A stretch of DNA of 53,260 nt, counting the filler, from Catajapyx aquilonaris (lineage: Eukaryota): NCBI GenBank assembly GCA_000934665.2. It is 3 parts of 3 records of this genome, joined end to end, with 100 filler letters (N's around TTAATTAATTAA, not from the genome) between each part and the next. Parts side by side here need not be neighbours in the genome. Positions count along the whole stretch, not along the records: positions 1 to 16,553 come from JYFJ02007167.1; positions 16,654 to 36,521 come from JYFJ02007168.1; 1 more part is not named here. The stretch is one strand, 5' to 3'. Positions within the stretch are counted from its first letter, which is position 1, and the number at the start of each line of letters is the position of its first letter. Below, piece by piece: positions 11,705 through 23,347 of the stretch. Made by a program: the position numbers and the translations under genes. Under the pieces are notes generated by a model. It did not search any database, was not told the DNA's origin, and was given only the letters and a program-made list of their open reading frames with translations.

Positions 11705-13974
11705 TTTACTGTTCAAACTGGCTAGTGAAATAACCTGCAAGTACAAGAGAATTTTTAAATTTTTTATTGTTATGATTTGTTTTGTAATAAATCACTCGTG
11801 AACGAGTGTTCAAATAAAAGAGTTTCACTGCCTTAGCTGTTCTGTCATCTCTCTTACCCTCAAGTTTTACTCTGGACAGCCCTGCCTAATCTACAGATCT
11901 GTTCAGGGGTGGCTGCTGAAAACTAGGAATTTCCTAACCCAAGGAAACTGGTAGGTGCACGTTAGCCACACTAATTTAGGCCCAAGAACCAATGTCTCGG
12001 GCAGACCAGTTGGCATGTTTATGTTTCATCTTCTGAAGGAAAAAAGTCTCCAGTTCACCTCCAATATTGTAGCGATCAGAACAGAAACTCCTTAAGTCAC
12101 TTTTTTGCGAAATTGAGTTATGGCTGGAAATGGACGCACAACAACATTATCTATCGAGTATGTGCAGAAACCCCGGGTTAGTCTACTCCACGTATGGGAT
12201 TTCTGCATTCATGCTTCATGGCAAATGATGGCCAGAGGCAAAGTAGAGGATGCTAGCTTAGCCTAAGAGTGCAGTTTATTGCTTTATTGTTTAGTATCAG
12301 TGTATTTTGTTGCATTAAATAAATAGGAAGTAAGTGGCTGTAGGGCCACAAGGCTGGGTCAGCCCCATAATCTTCAAAAAATAAAAGTGATGAAACTGAA
12401 GATGAGAAGGGGTCAGAAGGAACGGAATTGTGGGACTTGGAGTAAATGGTGTCACTCTGTAATGGAAATAAAGCCCAAAAGTATAGCATTTGGCGTGTTG
12501 GGTCTTTAATGATCCCTTCGAGGGCAATGAGATCAGAAACACCGTAAGTCCAGGACTTGAAAGAAAACACTACAGACACCCATTGTCACTTAATATTTTA
12601 AAACTAATATGAAAGTATTGCCCTTGCATGTGTGTTACATAAATAAAATATTCTAACGTATGCAACAGGAGCATCGTGAACTTAGTAAGGTGGGTGTCCC
12701 GGTTATGGCCATGTTCCTGATATGTACACCCTGCTATTGAGAGTTAACTAATAGAAATCTGCTATATCAAATCAGCAGTCTGTGAGGGGGCCTCCAAGTG
12801 TGTCACTTGATCATTCCCCATCCACCCACGTTGAGCCATATGGCCTCAGTTGCCTGATTTGTGTTTTTCATGTGACCTCTTCTTGTTTTTCTCATGTATG
12901 TCCCATTTGTTTTATGCCTGTTTTTCAGACATTTTTCATGAAAACCATCGTACTTGATTCAGTTTTTAATGCTCTTTCGATTGGTGTTGTCGTTGATGGT
13001 GTATGTTTTATGAGTTCATAATAAAACGATTTTCGTAAAAGCTGACCCGCTCCTGATATGGCCACATCACGTGCACCATGGCCATATCAAGTATTATACT
13101 TTTATTTGCCCCAGTTGCGAACAGTAATTTGTTTTAACAATCTCATTTTTGTCTTGTGCTCTTCTCTTGAATGATTTCAAATAGGTTTTTTTTTTAAAAG
13201 AAATTGTAATGTCAATTTTGCAAACAACCTCATTATTAATGGCAATTCCTGTTTTGAATCCACTTTTGCATAACAAAAAGGATTATATCGTGTCATGTTT
13301 ATTGATTTCACACCAAAATTATTTAATTTCAGCAGAACTGCACTATAAAACTGGAAAAAATCACATTCACAATCTTAGCATGCCGTACACCTCTGGCTGT
13401 TTTCTTCTAACGGAAGCAAAACCTCAACGCTGAATATTGGCCCTCACCACCAACCTCCTGGAAGAGTGGAGGCGAATATAAACCAAGGCCTACTTGTGTA
13501 CAAGTGTCACTGTAGCTGGGGATTTTAGAATATTCGAACAAAAATTGGTGATCTAATACTTCAAGCCATTCTGGACACGATGTCACTCACGGGAAGTCAT
13601 GAACTAACTAACTTGATCACATAAAAAAGCAGTCCCAATTTGTTTTGACTCACCCTCTTATTGATGGAGAATTCTGAATAAATTAACTTAGACCGTAGGA
13701 AATGTACTTTATTGAAGACCATAACAGTCATTCACATAAAAGTTTTTTTTAAATGTTAAAATAAATCATCCTTGCTGTCTCAGTCACCCCACTAGGTGGG
13801 GTGTATTTGGACGCCCTTTTATTTCATGCTGTAGGAGTTCACACATTAATGGTGCAGCCTCGAACATGGATTGAAGTTTTAAAAACTCACAAAGGTCACC
13901 TCCAAACCAATGGTGTTGGCACAATTCCAGTACCTGCTGTGTCGCGCAGGATTAGATACAACAGATACTGTATA

Positions 13975-14705
13975 CAGGGTGGGGCAAAAGTCATGGGCGG
14001 ATTAAAACGACACAGCATGGCGTAAGTAACGAACAATTATATTTAAAAAAAATTACACTACACAGAGAAAGATATGCCATTTATGGATCGAGGTCCAAAA
14101 AAGTCACTTCTTGAAAACAACACCGATTATACATTTATTCCCCCAAGCACAGGACGAAACCCTTCATAACGCACTCCAGCATGTCCAGGGGAATCTGAGG
14201 GGAATGTTTCTCATGGCATGTCTTATCTGATCCTTAAGATCAGGCAATGACTGAGGACATGTGGCGAACACCAAACTCTTCAGGTACCCCTACAGGAAGA
14301 AGTCGGGGATGGTCAAATCCGGCGACCGCGGTGGCCATGGAATGTCCCTAATTCTCGAAATGACCCGCCCAGGAAACACTTGACTTTTAATTTGTTTGGT
14401 GTTCGCCACACGTCCTCAGTCATTGGCTGATCTTAAGGATCAGATAAGACACGCCGTGAGAAACATTCCCCTGGACATGCTGGAGCGCGTTATGAAGGGT
14501 TTTGTCCGGCGCTTGGGGGAATAATGTGTTGCCCGCAAAGGTGGACATCTATCCGGTGTTGTTTTCAAGAAGTGACTTTTTTGGACCTCGATCCATAAAT
14601 GGCATATCTTTCTCTGTGTAGTGTAATTTTTTTTTAGATATAATTGTTCGTTACTTACGCCATGCTGCGTTGTTTTAATCCGCCCATGACTTTTGCCCCA
14701 CCCTG
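13975..14705. mobile_element. Foldback MITE derived from the 3' end of a rosa/maT-like Tc1/mariner
   Basis: TA-CAGGGTGGGGCAAAAGTCATGGGCGG...CCCTG-TA with ~300-bp arms. The minus strand encodes FPGRVISR..IPWPPRSPDLTIPDFFL*GYLK. Confidence 0.9.
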
Positions 14706-14715
14706 TATATGTTAC

Positions 14716-15786
14716 TGTCAATGTGTTTAACACGGGCATTTTGTAAAATGACTGGGGCACTGCACTGTATAGAATGCCAAATTTTTTGGGCAATGTGTAT
14801 AATGGAAAGGCATTTCACAAATGGGCTGGACATTTTATATAATGCCCACGGTTTGTTGGGCAGTGTGTTGAAGCAATGAAGTGTCAAAGTGTCTGACTTG
14901 CATCCGTTTGGAATCCATTCAAAACAACAGAAAAAGGGCGGGTGTATGCCAGGGGTTAACCACTCGACTGTAGAGTGTACACTGGAGTACCAAAGAGCAA
15001 GGTACCTAAGTAGTACCTGGGAGTACCACTGCAGATGTACACCTGAGTACCGAAGTGGTTAACCTCTTGGGTGAATGTCTCGAAAAGCAGGCTAAGAAAA
15101 TGTTGAAGAAAACACAGGACTCCTCCAGTTGAAGTGGGAGTGATGGTCCGTCTATCAATTCCTGACGTCGACAGGGCTCGTGGCTCGTGGGTCCCCCACA
15201 ACATCCTAGCCATGGTAACGAGTGTTGATGATGATCTGCACACACTGTGCTCTGAACATGGCCAACTCAAGCACAAGTACACGCATGCAGAAATACATCC
15301 GTGCAAAGAAAGATTATCAGACTTAGCTGCTGTTACTGCAAAGGGGGATAGCACACTGATTTCTCTGAGGGAGGCAGCATCTTACAACAGCGTGTCAGGG
15401 TCATAGGGGTATACGAAATGCAACTGCAAAACCAAATGTGTTTCAAAAAAGTGCATGTGCAGAGCAACCGTCAGCTCTGTAATTCCAAGTGCCCCAGTTC
15501 TTTGTCTTGCTCCAATAAATGATCCTTATGATAACTCTGATTATAATGCCTGTATGTTGATTTTGACTGAGGGATTTATTGTCTCAATAAAAAACAGATT
15601 TTTGAAATTTCCTTGTCAGAGCGATTCAATACATTGACCGCCACCCTCTAGGCATTCTGTATAATGACTGGACATTTTATACATTGACCGAAACTTGCTT
15701 AGGACATTATACACACTGCCCAAAAAATTGGGCATTCTATACAGTGCCCGGTCATTTTACAAAACGCCCGCGTTAAACACATTGAT
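14716..15786 (+). mobile_element. Ginger2/TDD-like (KRBA2/SCAND3-type integrase) transposon remnant
   Basis: About 90-bp TIR starting TGTCAATGTGTTTAAC. The interior encodes IPDVDRAR...SLREAASYNSVSGS*GYTKCNCKTKCVSKKCMCR/CNSKCPSSLSCSNK*, the Cys-rich C-terminus I recognise from this family. The catalytic core is missing. Confidence 0.75.
14960..15058. mobile_element. Tiny piggyBac-type MITE nested in the Ginger2-like remnant
   Basis: TTAA-CCACT(T)CG...CGAAGTGG-TTAA, GTAC-rich interior. Confidence 0.6.
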
Positions 15787-15829
15787 CTTTATTATATATA
15801 TGAACACTTGTACAGTTTTTTATTATTTT

Positions 15830-16060
15830 TAAATAGTTGTTACCCCCTCCTGGCAGGTACGTAATCTATAGTGAAGGGAGGTGGAATACCACCATTTTAA
15901 TTCATTCTTCATTTTAGACTTTTCCCGATTTTCGGGTTCCGGGTTCACTCTATCCGCCCATTCCCCCCACCACCCCTTTCCCCCACCATTCCTACCCCTG
16001 ACCACCCATTCTCCTAATGGTGAGCCTGAACCTGGAACTTCGAACCGCTGCACTGCTGCG
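15830..16060 (-). mobile_element. Divergent SINE-like fragment
   Basis: Shares the GTGGAATACCACCATTTT tail motif with the SINE at 43718-44080. Boundaries approximate. Confidence 0.4.
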
Positions 16061-16553
16061 CTGCTGTCATAAATACAGTACGACAGTATGTCGTTATAGA
16101 ATCGTGTGATAGCGGACATTCAATTACTGTAAGTGATGCCCGCTGCAGAACAAAATGATAAAGTGTACACTGTAAACCGCAAAGCATTAAAAAAGCATTA
16201 ACAGAACATCACAGGTGAGTCTCAGATGGACCATTAAGTGAGGTATATTTTTAATGCTGTGCGGTTTAGAGTTTTTAATGTTCCACATGGTCACCCTAAT
16301 ATTGCTTTGCTTCTCTCGGCGATGATGTTCTGAGTGATGTGATATCATGCTTTATTATTTCTATTGTTAATGTTCTACTACCCCACTCACATAATGCTCT
16401 ACTTTTTCACTTATGTAATGCTCTACATCGTCACAATATCATGCTCTCGAATGTCTTAAATTTAATGCTCCGTTTTGTTGCTCTATGATGCCTTATACGT
16501 TCCTATTATAATGATCTCATTACCTCTTGTTAATGTTCTACTACCCACTCACA

Positions 16554-16653
16554 NNNNNNNNNNNNNNNNNNNNNNNNNNNNNNNNNNNNNNNNNNNNTTA
16601 ATTAATTAANNNNNNNNNNNNNNNNNNNNNNNNNNNNNNNNNNNNNNNNNNNN
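16554..16653. other. Assembly gap (44 N + TTAATTAATTAA + 44 N)
   Basis: Artificial 100-nt spacer with stops in all frames, identical in form to the gap at 36522. Confidence 0.98.
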
Positions 16654-16898
16654 TTTCTGGCAGAAAGAAATTTAGCACCCTCAGCTTGTGTGACCTTGAA
16701 CGCACAAAAATTTTCGCCTGCGGCGGGCTTCCTCGCCTGCCAGCTCCCCCAAAAGAACATTTTGCATGCGCCACTGCCTGAAGTGCAGAAGATCCATGTC
16801 AGAAAAATGAAACCAAACTTTCAAACCGCGGGGGTGGGGGTGGGGGGCGGCAGGAAAAGTTTCTGCCCCCCCTCCGAAATTTCCTAGATCCGGCACTG
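16654..16898. mobile_element. hAT-like element end truncated by the gap
   Basis: Minus-strand CAGTGCCGGATCTAGG terminus followed by G/C runs. Confidence 0.5.
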
Positions 16899-17092
16899 GT
16901 CAGAGGCACAAATGGTACCAGTAGGGACTGCTAGATTGACATGGTTAGTCTATACATCCGTTAAGGGAGTATATTCAACAACAAACCGTCTTGACGGTGG
17001 AATATGCACGAGAATTTCTGATAGATAAATATGTCCTGGTCAAAATGACAACGATATGAACTTTCATAATTAATAATCATTATTAGTAAATA

Positions 17093-17338
17093 CAGGGTGT
17101 TCCAAGTTCGTGGGTCGTTTTTAGTTATCAGGTATCACTGATATCGCTTAGTTATGTTTGTGTAGCTTGTTGTGCCTCGATCCATGTAGGCCTACCTCAG
17201 TAGCCTACTATCAGATTGGCGAATGTAGCAGTTTCAATAGAATATGGCACCTGGATCTGGGCACAACAAGCTACAAAAAAACATTTTTGAGCAAAATTTT
17301 CTACATCTAAAAGGCCCCACGAACTTGGAAACACCCTG
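17093..17338. mobile_element. Palindromic Tc1/mariner-type MITE
   Basis: TA-CAGGGTGTT(T)CCAAGTTCGTGGG...CCCACGAACTTGGAAACACCCTG-TA. Confidence 0.85.
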
Positions 17339-18042
17339 TATATACAGCACTCATTTGCTTCATTCAGTTTACATACGATAATTATATTCTTCCTCCTATT
17401 TGCATTCTGTCATGTTACATGAACACTTCAGGCAAAACCCGGTTGTAAAAATTTTACATTTGCAAATGACTTTTTAGGTGCTCTACAATTTTTGTACCGG
17501 TAACGCGTACGTTAGTTCCAGTTTCTAACGGTTGGAAAAACTACATGAAAATATCGCATAGTAGCCCAAAAGTGAGGTTAGTCGGGGGGCCTGCCATGCA
17601 AAGCAGAGGAAGATGCGAAGCAGAGACTCTCTTTCTCGTTTCCACTTGGAAAAACTAACAACCTTCATCAGCAGACAATAACATCCGGGTCCTGCGGCTA
17701 CGGAGATGGGTTTTGAAATGAGGAAAGTTTGTTGCTAAAACCGAGCGGGCCTCACAGAACTTAGGCATTGCTATAGAAGAGTGATTGAAAAGTCGCAGGC
17801 GCACCCTCTGCTAACGAACCAAGAAGCCGGGATTGAGTTGCAAAGTGTACCCTATCATCGCGATTTGCCTTACCGCAACTGGATAGGAAGACCAAAATGG
17901 CGGCACTTGCGCAAAGACCACGTGGCCAAGTGCCATGTAGAGGCTGCGGTTGCCGCCTCTTTAGTCAACTACCTCTGATGGTATCTGTTTCAGGATGCCA
18001 TATATTTAATTAGTGACACCTTGCCTTGGGGCTTCTTTTCAG

Positions 18043-18220
18043 GTTATGATTGGACTCTGCTTCCAGTGACCCAGAAGTCAAGTGCTAAGAGACAGTCACA
18101 CATCAAGCGACCCATGAATGCTTTCATGGTATGGGCACAAGCGGCCAGAAGGAAGTTGGCTGACCAATATCCGCAACTTCATAATGCGGAGCTCAGCAAG
18201 ACGCTTGGGAAGCTATGGAG
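18043..18220 (+). CDS. SoxE: SoxE transcription factor, end of dimerisation domain and HMG box N-part
   Basis: cttcttttcag acceptor. Encodes (G)YDWTLLP...[41 protein letters not shown], diagnostic of SoxE. Intron at the conserved LWR position (AG|GTCAGT). Confidence 0.96.
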
Positions 18221-18589
18221 GTCAGTTTCAAAAAAGGTTTTCTTACTATACTTGGGGTGCATTTGTGGCAATGTAGAGTTCCATACTGTCCGATTATACT
18301 TTGTCCTCTGTGAGGCATATATTTTGGGCAACTTCCAACCTCATCCGCCTCTTGCTAATAGGCGGTGAATCCTCTTTGATGGCACCGTGTTGTGTTTGAG
18401 TTGCCACCAAAATGGGTAGTGATGCTTGTCGCCGCCGAAAAGTCATAGTTGAGTGTGCTCGTAATGTATATTTTATTTTTTAATGTTCTTCCTCATTTAG
18501 CTTTGTGAATGTTAATGCAGAAGTTACTGGTACTTTTCAAGACAGTGCAACTTATGACTTCATACATTTTTTGAGCATTAGTACTAGGC

Positions 18590-18833
18590 TATGAAAAGTC
18601 GGAATACCGTAACACTGGCCCATGACCGTCTTTTCAACGACATTGACGTAATTTTCACCGTCAAATCTACGTTGATATATGACTTCTATTGTTCCGTTGA
18701 GACGATAGCTAGACGTTGAAAATAATGTCCATGTCATTGAAAATAACGCTAGAAAATAAATAAGGTCATGGGCAGGGTGATACGGTATTCCGATGTTTTG
18801 GTTCTCTGTGTTCGGTATTCCGATTTTTCATAC
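18590..18833. mobile_element. Small inverted-repeat element
   Basis: TATGAAAAGTCGGAATACCG..ACACTGGCCCATGACC pairs with GGTCATGGGCAGGGTGATACGGTATTCCG and CGGTATTCCGATTTTTCATA. Confidence 0.5.
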
Positions 18834-20025
18834 TACCGAGCATCTTTAATAATTATGACATGATACATGATAATATTAAAATACGTATATCTATTCATAT
18901 GTGGTATAGTTCGAGGTAAAACTGGTACAGGCAATTATATGAGTCACCCTTCCGTATACAGTACACCGCGTCGGTAAAAATTTTTCTTCCTCAAGTCTAT
19001 AGATGTGTAAACTTCTTCCTGCTTTCTAACCTCTACTAGCAGATTCCTTCCCACCTCCTAGTATGCGGCAATATTGCTGGAATTGGCGAGAAAACAACTA
19101 ACAATAAATGCTTCCGGTACCTCACACTTCGAGACGAGGAATTTGTGGCCTAATGCACCTGAAATAAGTCATGTGCAGAAGAATGTTTCACTACACCCTT
19201 CTGGGCTGTCGTGATTTTTTTTTTCCAGAAGCACTAGTCTATTGGTGAGCCAGCAGCCAGGCCGAAGTTCGGAGTTCAAATCAGGGTGGACTTGTCTTGT
19301 TTCTTTTCAGCATGACGCGACGTTCTATGTCCATCAGAGCAGGTGTATTGTGTTCTTAATAGAGGAGAGGCATGTACTTAATATTGATCTGCATCCATGG
19401 GGATAATTGTGATCATTTTTTCTTCAAATCAGTAGCTTACTAATGTGAAAGGCCAGAACTTTATCGGATAAGTTAAATGGGAAATTGTAAGACCTGGAAT
19501 TCAGGGATTGAGTAATAAACAAAGTCTTGAAGTAGGCATAGCACCAAAAAGGTTACACAACATGGTTAGCAGTCTACTTGTAACATAAAATTATAGAACG
19601 GGGCGATGGCATCCAGTGTGTATATATACAGTAGGGTATGCTTTCATCTCATTTCATGAAGGAATGTTTTTCTCTGTTGGACGAGGGTGAAAGAAGGCTC
19701 ATAATGCTCACGTCCAACTGGGGAAAATTAGTCACTCAAAAATCACACGGACCACCTTTGTACATATAGCATGAAAACCATACTTGAGGAATGCTGTAAA
19801 ATTGCTAGATTTCGCATGTTTCGTAGTGGAAAATTTGCAGGTGTTGAAGGTAATAGTCTGCAACCCTCTATATAGGCCTACGTATTTTCTCGCCTGTAAA
19901 ACTTGCACTATTCTGAAGGGCCAGAGATTTTAACCGGTTGAAAAATATTGTAAGCTTATATGATTTCATAATGTCTTAATATTGTATTTAAGCATGATAA
20001 ATGTTCACAAGGTGCGAGTGACATA

Positions 20026-20234
20026 CCGTCAAACGGGGTGAGATTGTGCCAGCGCATTTTTTGGACAACAGTGCGCCCTACCGCGAATTTTACTCGTCAT
20101 GGCCAACCTTGACAATCCCTCAATGTAGTAAAGCATGCCTTAATTCGCTTGCTGCCAGTATAGAACGCCCTCTTGTTCAAATATGGGCTGGCACAATCTC
20201 ACCCCACCTGGCACAATCTCACCCCGTTTGACGG
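20026..20234. mobile_element. pogo-like MITE
   Basis: TA-CCGTCAAACGGGGTGAGATTGTGCCAG...CTGGCACAATCTCACCCCGTTTGACGG-TA. The inner TIR motif is duplicated at the right end. Confidence 0.9.
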
Positions 20235-20306
20235 TATAGTATTCTCAGACATTGCGTATAAGAGATGCGTAACTACTTGATCATGTTATTTCTTCTTTCT
20301 CATCAG

Positions 20307-20394
20307 GATTTTGAGTGAAGAAGAGAAGCAACCGTTTTTAGAGGAAGCTGAACGCCTGCGGAATGAACACAAGAAGGATCATCCCGATTATAAG
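20307..20394 (+). CDS. SoxE: SoxE, HMG box C-part
   Basis: ctcatcag acceptor, phase 2. Encodes [29 protein letters not shown], then GTATGA donor. Confidence 0.95.
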
Positions 20395-20533
20395 GTATGA
20401 AATGCAGTAGAAAATATTTATACACTACGGTACGCCACTACGGTATAAGTTGGCAGGGACGTCATGAATGTTTTCAGGTGAAATATAGGACGAGTGTTTG
20501 CAAAATGTTTGCTCAATGCCATAGTATAGTCCA

Positions 20534-20987
20534 GGTGCTAAAAGGGAGTTTGGCCCAAACTTTGCATTTTGCGACAAAAGTATGAAACTCGGTACACTTG
20601 TTCTTTGGACACTAATGATCATATCTGGACGTGGGGCCACGATGACCCACCCCGATGGAGGTCACTTTCGCAGGGTTGCCATAACTACCAGAGTTCAGCA
20701 TCCTTTAGGACGGTGACGAATAAAACACGAAACTCGCCACAATTATTGGCCTTTGGACACTTCTGAACATGTCTGGAAGTGGGGCCATGATGACTGACCC
20801 CGCTGTGGGTCACTCGCAGGGTTGCCAGATCTAACGGACCCAACATACCCACAGTGACCCACGAGTGACCCACAGCGGGGTCAGTCATCATGGCTCCACA
20901 TCCAGACATGTTCAGAAGTGTCCAAAGAACAAGTGTACCGAGTTTCATACTTTTGTCACAAAATGCAAAGTTCAACCTCTTAGCACC
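20534..20987. mobile_element. Palindromic element with internal duplicated subunit
   Basis: GGTGCTAA..ACTTTGCATTTTG.GACAAAAGTATGAAACTCGGTACACTTGTTCTTTGGACAC pairs with 20920-20987. Confidence 0.75.
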
Positions 20988-22447
20988 CAGACTAATAAAA
21001 ATTTAATTGACATAATTAACGTTTTTCTAAGTCCATATCTTCCATGCAGCAAGATGATAGGGGCTGGAAGGAAAACATGCTCTGAAAAGTTTCTAGTAGA
21101 TGGGTAATGTAAAGTTTTTTGAAGATGATGCATCACGGAACTATTCATGGTTTAACCCCCTCACTACCATAAGCTAGGCCGAAAACCCCTATAGATTTTA
21201 GTTTACGCGTACTCGGAAGATACGGACAAGAGATTTTACCAATAATAACAGCTATACTTACCCGTTCAGGGTTCAGGGAAAACCGGGGAAAACACCACGA
21301 ATGTGTTGGGAAGTCCCTAAATTAATTTCCAAAAAGAACGCTGCAGAGTACCGGTACCTATACACTATCAGTTATGCTGAAAACGCCTAGATTTTAGCTT
21401 ACACGTACAGTACTCTGAAGATAATGACAAGATATTTTACAAATAATAACAGATATAGTTATTACACGTTCATGCAAAACACTATGAATGTGTTTAGAAC
21501 AATTTCCCTCTAGAAGTTCCGAAATTAATTTTCAAAGAGATCGCTGTAAAAACTTGAAATTCAAGTATTATGGGCAAATGTCAGGCCATCGCATCGCCTA
21601 GATTTTCGCTTACAAGTATACTCTGAAGTTAAAAACATTTTACAAATAATAACAGTTACACTTACACGTTCATTGATGTATTTGGAACAATGCTCCGTGT
21701 CTAGAAGTTCCTAAAATAATTTTCAAAAATATCGCTGCAAAAACTCGAACTTCAAGTACTACCGGCCAACAGTTAGGCTGATTTAATTATGAAATACATT
21801 AATTTAAAACACACGGAATATCAACCTTGAGAACCGTGCCACACTTTGCTGAACTGAGTCGTTGTACTTCGCGAGAATTCATTTAATTATTAGCCTACCT
21901 GCGGCTTTCTGGAACTTCGGAAAACTCCCAAATCTATTTATTTCTCGCGAAGTACAACGATTTCAGCAAATTCGTCTGGCGCGGTTTTCAATGTAGATGT
22001 TCCGTGTGTTTTAATGTATTTCCTAATTAAATTAGCCTAACATTTGGCGGGAAAATATACTGTAGGTCTACTTGAATCTTGAATATTTTTACAGCGAAAT
22101 TTTTGCAAATTTATTTAGGAACTTCTAGACGAGGATAACTGTTTCCCGCACATTCACAGTGACGAGCATGAACGTGTAAGTGCAACTGTTATTATTTATA
22201 AAACATATTGTTTTTATCTTCAGAGTAGGTCCCTAGGCTACTTGTAAGCGAAAATCTAGGTGATGACCTGACAGTTGCCGGTAGAAAGGCAGATCGGGGT
22301 CGGTTGTAACACTTTTTAGTCTGGATTTTTAAATTCAGGTACATATACCGTATGCATTTGGGCAAATATTTTTGACATTGAGGGAATAAGGCAACATTCC
22401 TCTTTGTAAAATTAACATTATAAAATCTTAAGATAAAACATTGATAT

Positions 22448-23343
22448 CCTCCTGAGACCCGAGAAGAATTGAGTAATGCAATATCAGTTCCGATTGCATT
22501 TTCTGAACATTTTCCCAATAAGAAACGAGAAAAAAAATTTAGTTTTAAAATATCGACAAAAATGGTGACAAACAACCAATGAGAACATTGGGATTCATTT
22601 GCTGCTACAGAAGCAGAACGGATGAAAGCTAAAAATTGAAATACCACTTAATGGATCACTCACATAGTGCTCTATCCTCCAAACAATGTTTTTTAAATTC
22701 ATTTGTGGAATTCGTGGTAGAAATTCCTCTCAGAAGACAATTAAAGATAAATGAAATTATTTTTTAACGCCACCACTCCAGGCATGGGGCTTGCTCCTTC
22801 CCTTCTTACCCGCTAAAGTGCTACCTTGCTATTCTAGATTTTGAAACTGAACTGTATAGTGAAAAGCGCACTTCCTTATGGGTGTATAGGTACAGGCACT
22901 TAAAGAAAAGTCACACCCATTCAGCTAAAAAAAATAAAAATAGGATGTCCATTCAAATGGACATTTTGTCTCAGGAAGAAAAGAAAATTACCAGTTCTCT
23001 ACAGCAACAAAGATCGTCACAGACAATTTTTTTCGTATTTCCTAATGCACATTCCTTGCGAATCCCAGGACATTCACTACATTGACGAAAATCGCACTCT
23101 AAATATGAGGAAAAAAATAAAACTTATCAGATGAGCGCCTTGCTTCAGCAGCGGCATCCGCCATTTTTTCCGCGATTTAATTTTCGTGGCCCAAGTCAGA
23201 TATTCGACACTAGGTGGCTACAGCTATTGAGGCCAGATTGTAATCATGGGATACCAACAAATTACAGTTCTGTTGGCATCACTAGTTGGCGCCAAAAAAA
23301 CTTTTCCAGATGTCCAGTATACTGGACGCCGGGTCTCAGGAGG
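22448..23343 (+). mobile_element. piggyBac-like non-autonomous element A with ATAT TSD
   Basis: TIR CCTCCTGAGACCCG...CGGGTCTCAGGAGG flanked by ATAT on both sides. Confidence 0.75.
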
Positions 23344-23347
23344 ATAT

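Noticed and set aside
16598..16609. TTAATTAATTAA island inside the N run (also 36566-36577)
   Set aside because: Identical, centred in 100-nt gaps, and stops in all frames: an artificial scaffolding spacer.
17781..17978. ORF immediately upstream of the SoxE exon as its missing first exon
   Set aside because: Ends in a stop with no phase-1 donor, and has only a weak resemblance to the SoxE dimerisation motif.
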